From Raillietiella orientalis (taxonomy: Eukaryota): a DNA stretch of 64,000 nt. The notes beneath the pieces are model-generated. The model was not told the origin of the DNA. It saw only the letters and a program-made list of their open reading frames with translations, and searched no databases. How positions within the stretch are numbered: position 1 is the first letter of the stretch; each line of letters opens with the position of its first letter. Made by a program: the position numbers and the translations under genes. Of the stretch, positions 63,979 through 64,000 are shown one piece after another. The stretch is taken from the NCBI GenBank assembly GCA_036172245.1, contig JAYWIR010000004.1, forward strand, positions 3,968,001 through 4,032,000, read 5' to 3'.

Positions 63979-64000
63979 CTGCAAATGTATCATAAAACTA

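Noticed and set aside
1..64000. CRISPR arrays, operons or other prokaryotic systems
   Set aside because: No repeat-spacer arrays; the genes are intron-containing animal genes.

Overview
Animal nuclear DNA, most likely an arthropod or other protostome. The evidence is very short 37-55 nt GT-AG introns and mitochondrial relics read in the invertebrate code. Intact genes: the 5' part of an SLC22 organic cation transporter (-), mRpL11 (+), a four-exon selenoprotein K (-), mRpL38 (+), NudCD1 (-), SDR39U1 (-), tRNA-Gln(CTG) (-), cytochrome b5 (+), and probably the last exon of a convergent gene. The selenoprotein K gene is not recovered by the ORF track because it has an in-frame UGA; a stem-loop follows the UGA and a clear SECIS lies just downstream. 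Much of 1-10 kb and 29.5-62 kb consists of decayed Tx1/L1-type non-LTR retrotransposons that share a structured 3' end. Notable extras: a near-perfect ~885 bp inverted repeat bracketing SLC22 exon 1; a piece of mRpL11 copied into a LINE relic between 18-bp direct repeats; scattered NUMT fragments (cox1-cox2-atp8-atp6, plus probable nad6, cob and cox3); two A-tailed 28S-rRNA-derived copies sharing non-rRNA mutations (candidate 28S-derived SINE family); and a perfect 30-nt U2 snRNA 5' fragment near the head of a LINE copy. All alignments were made by eye, and TE boundaries are approximate.
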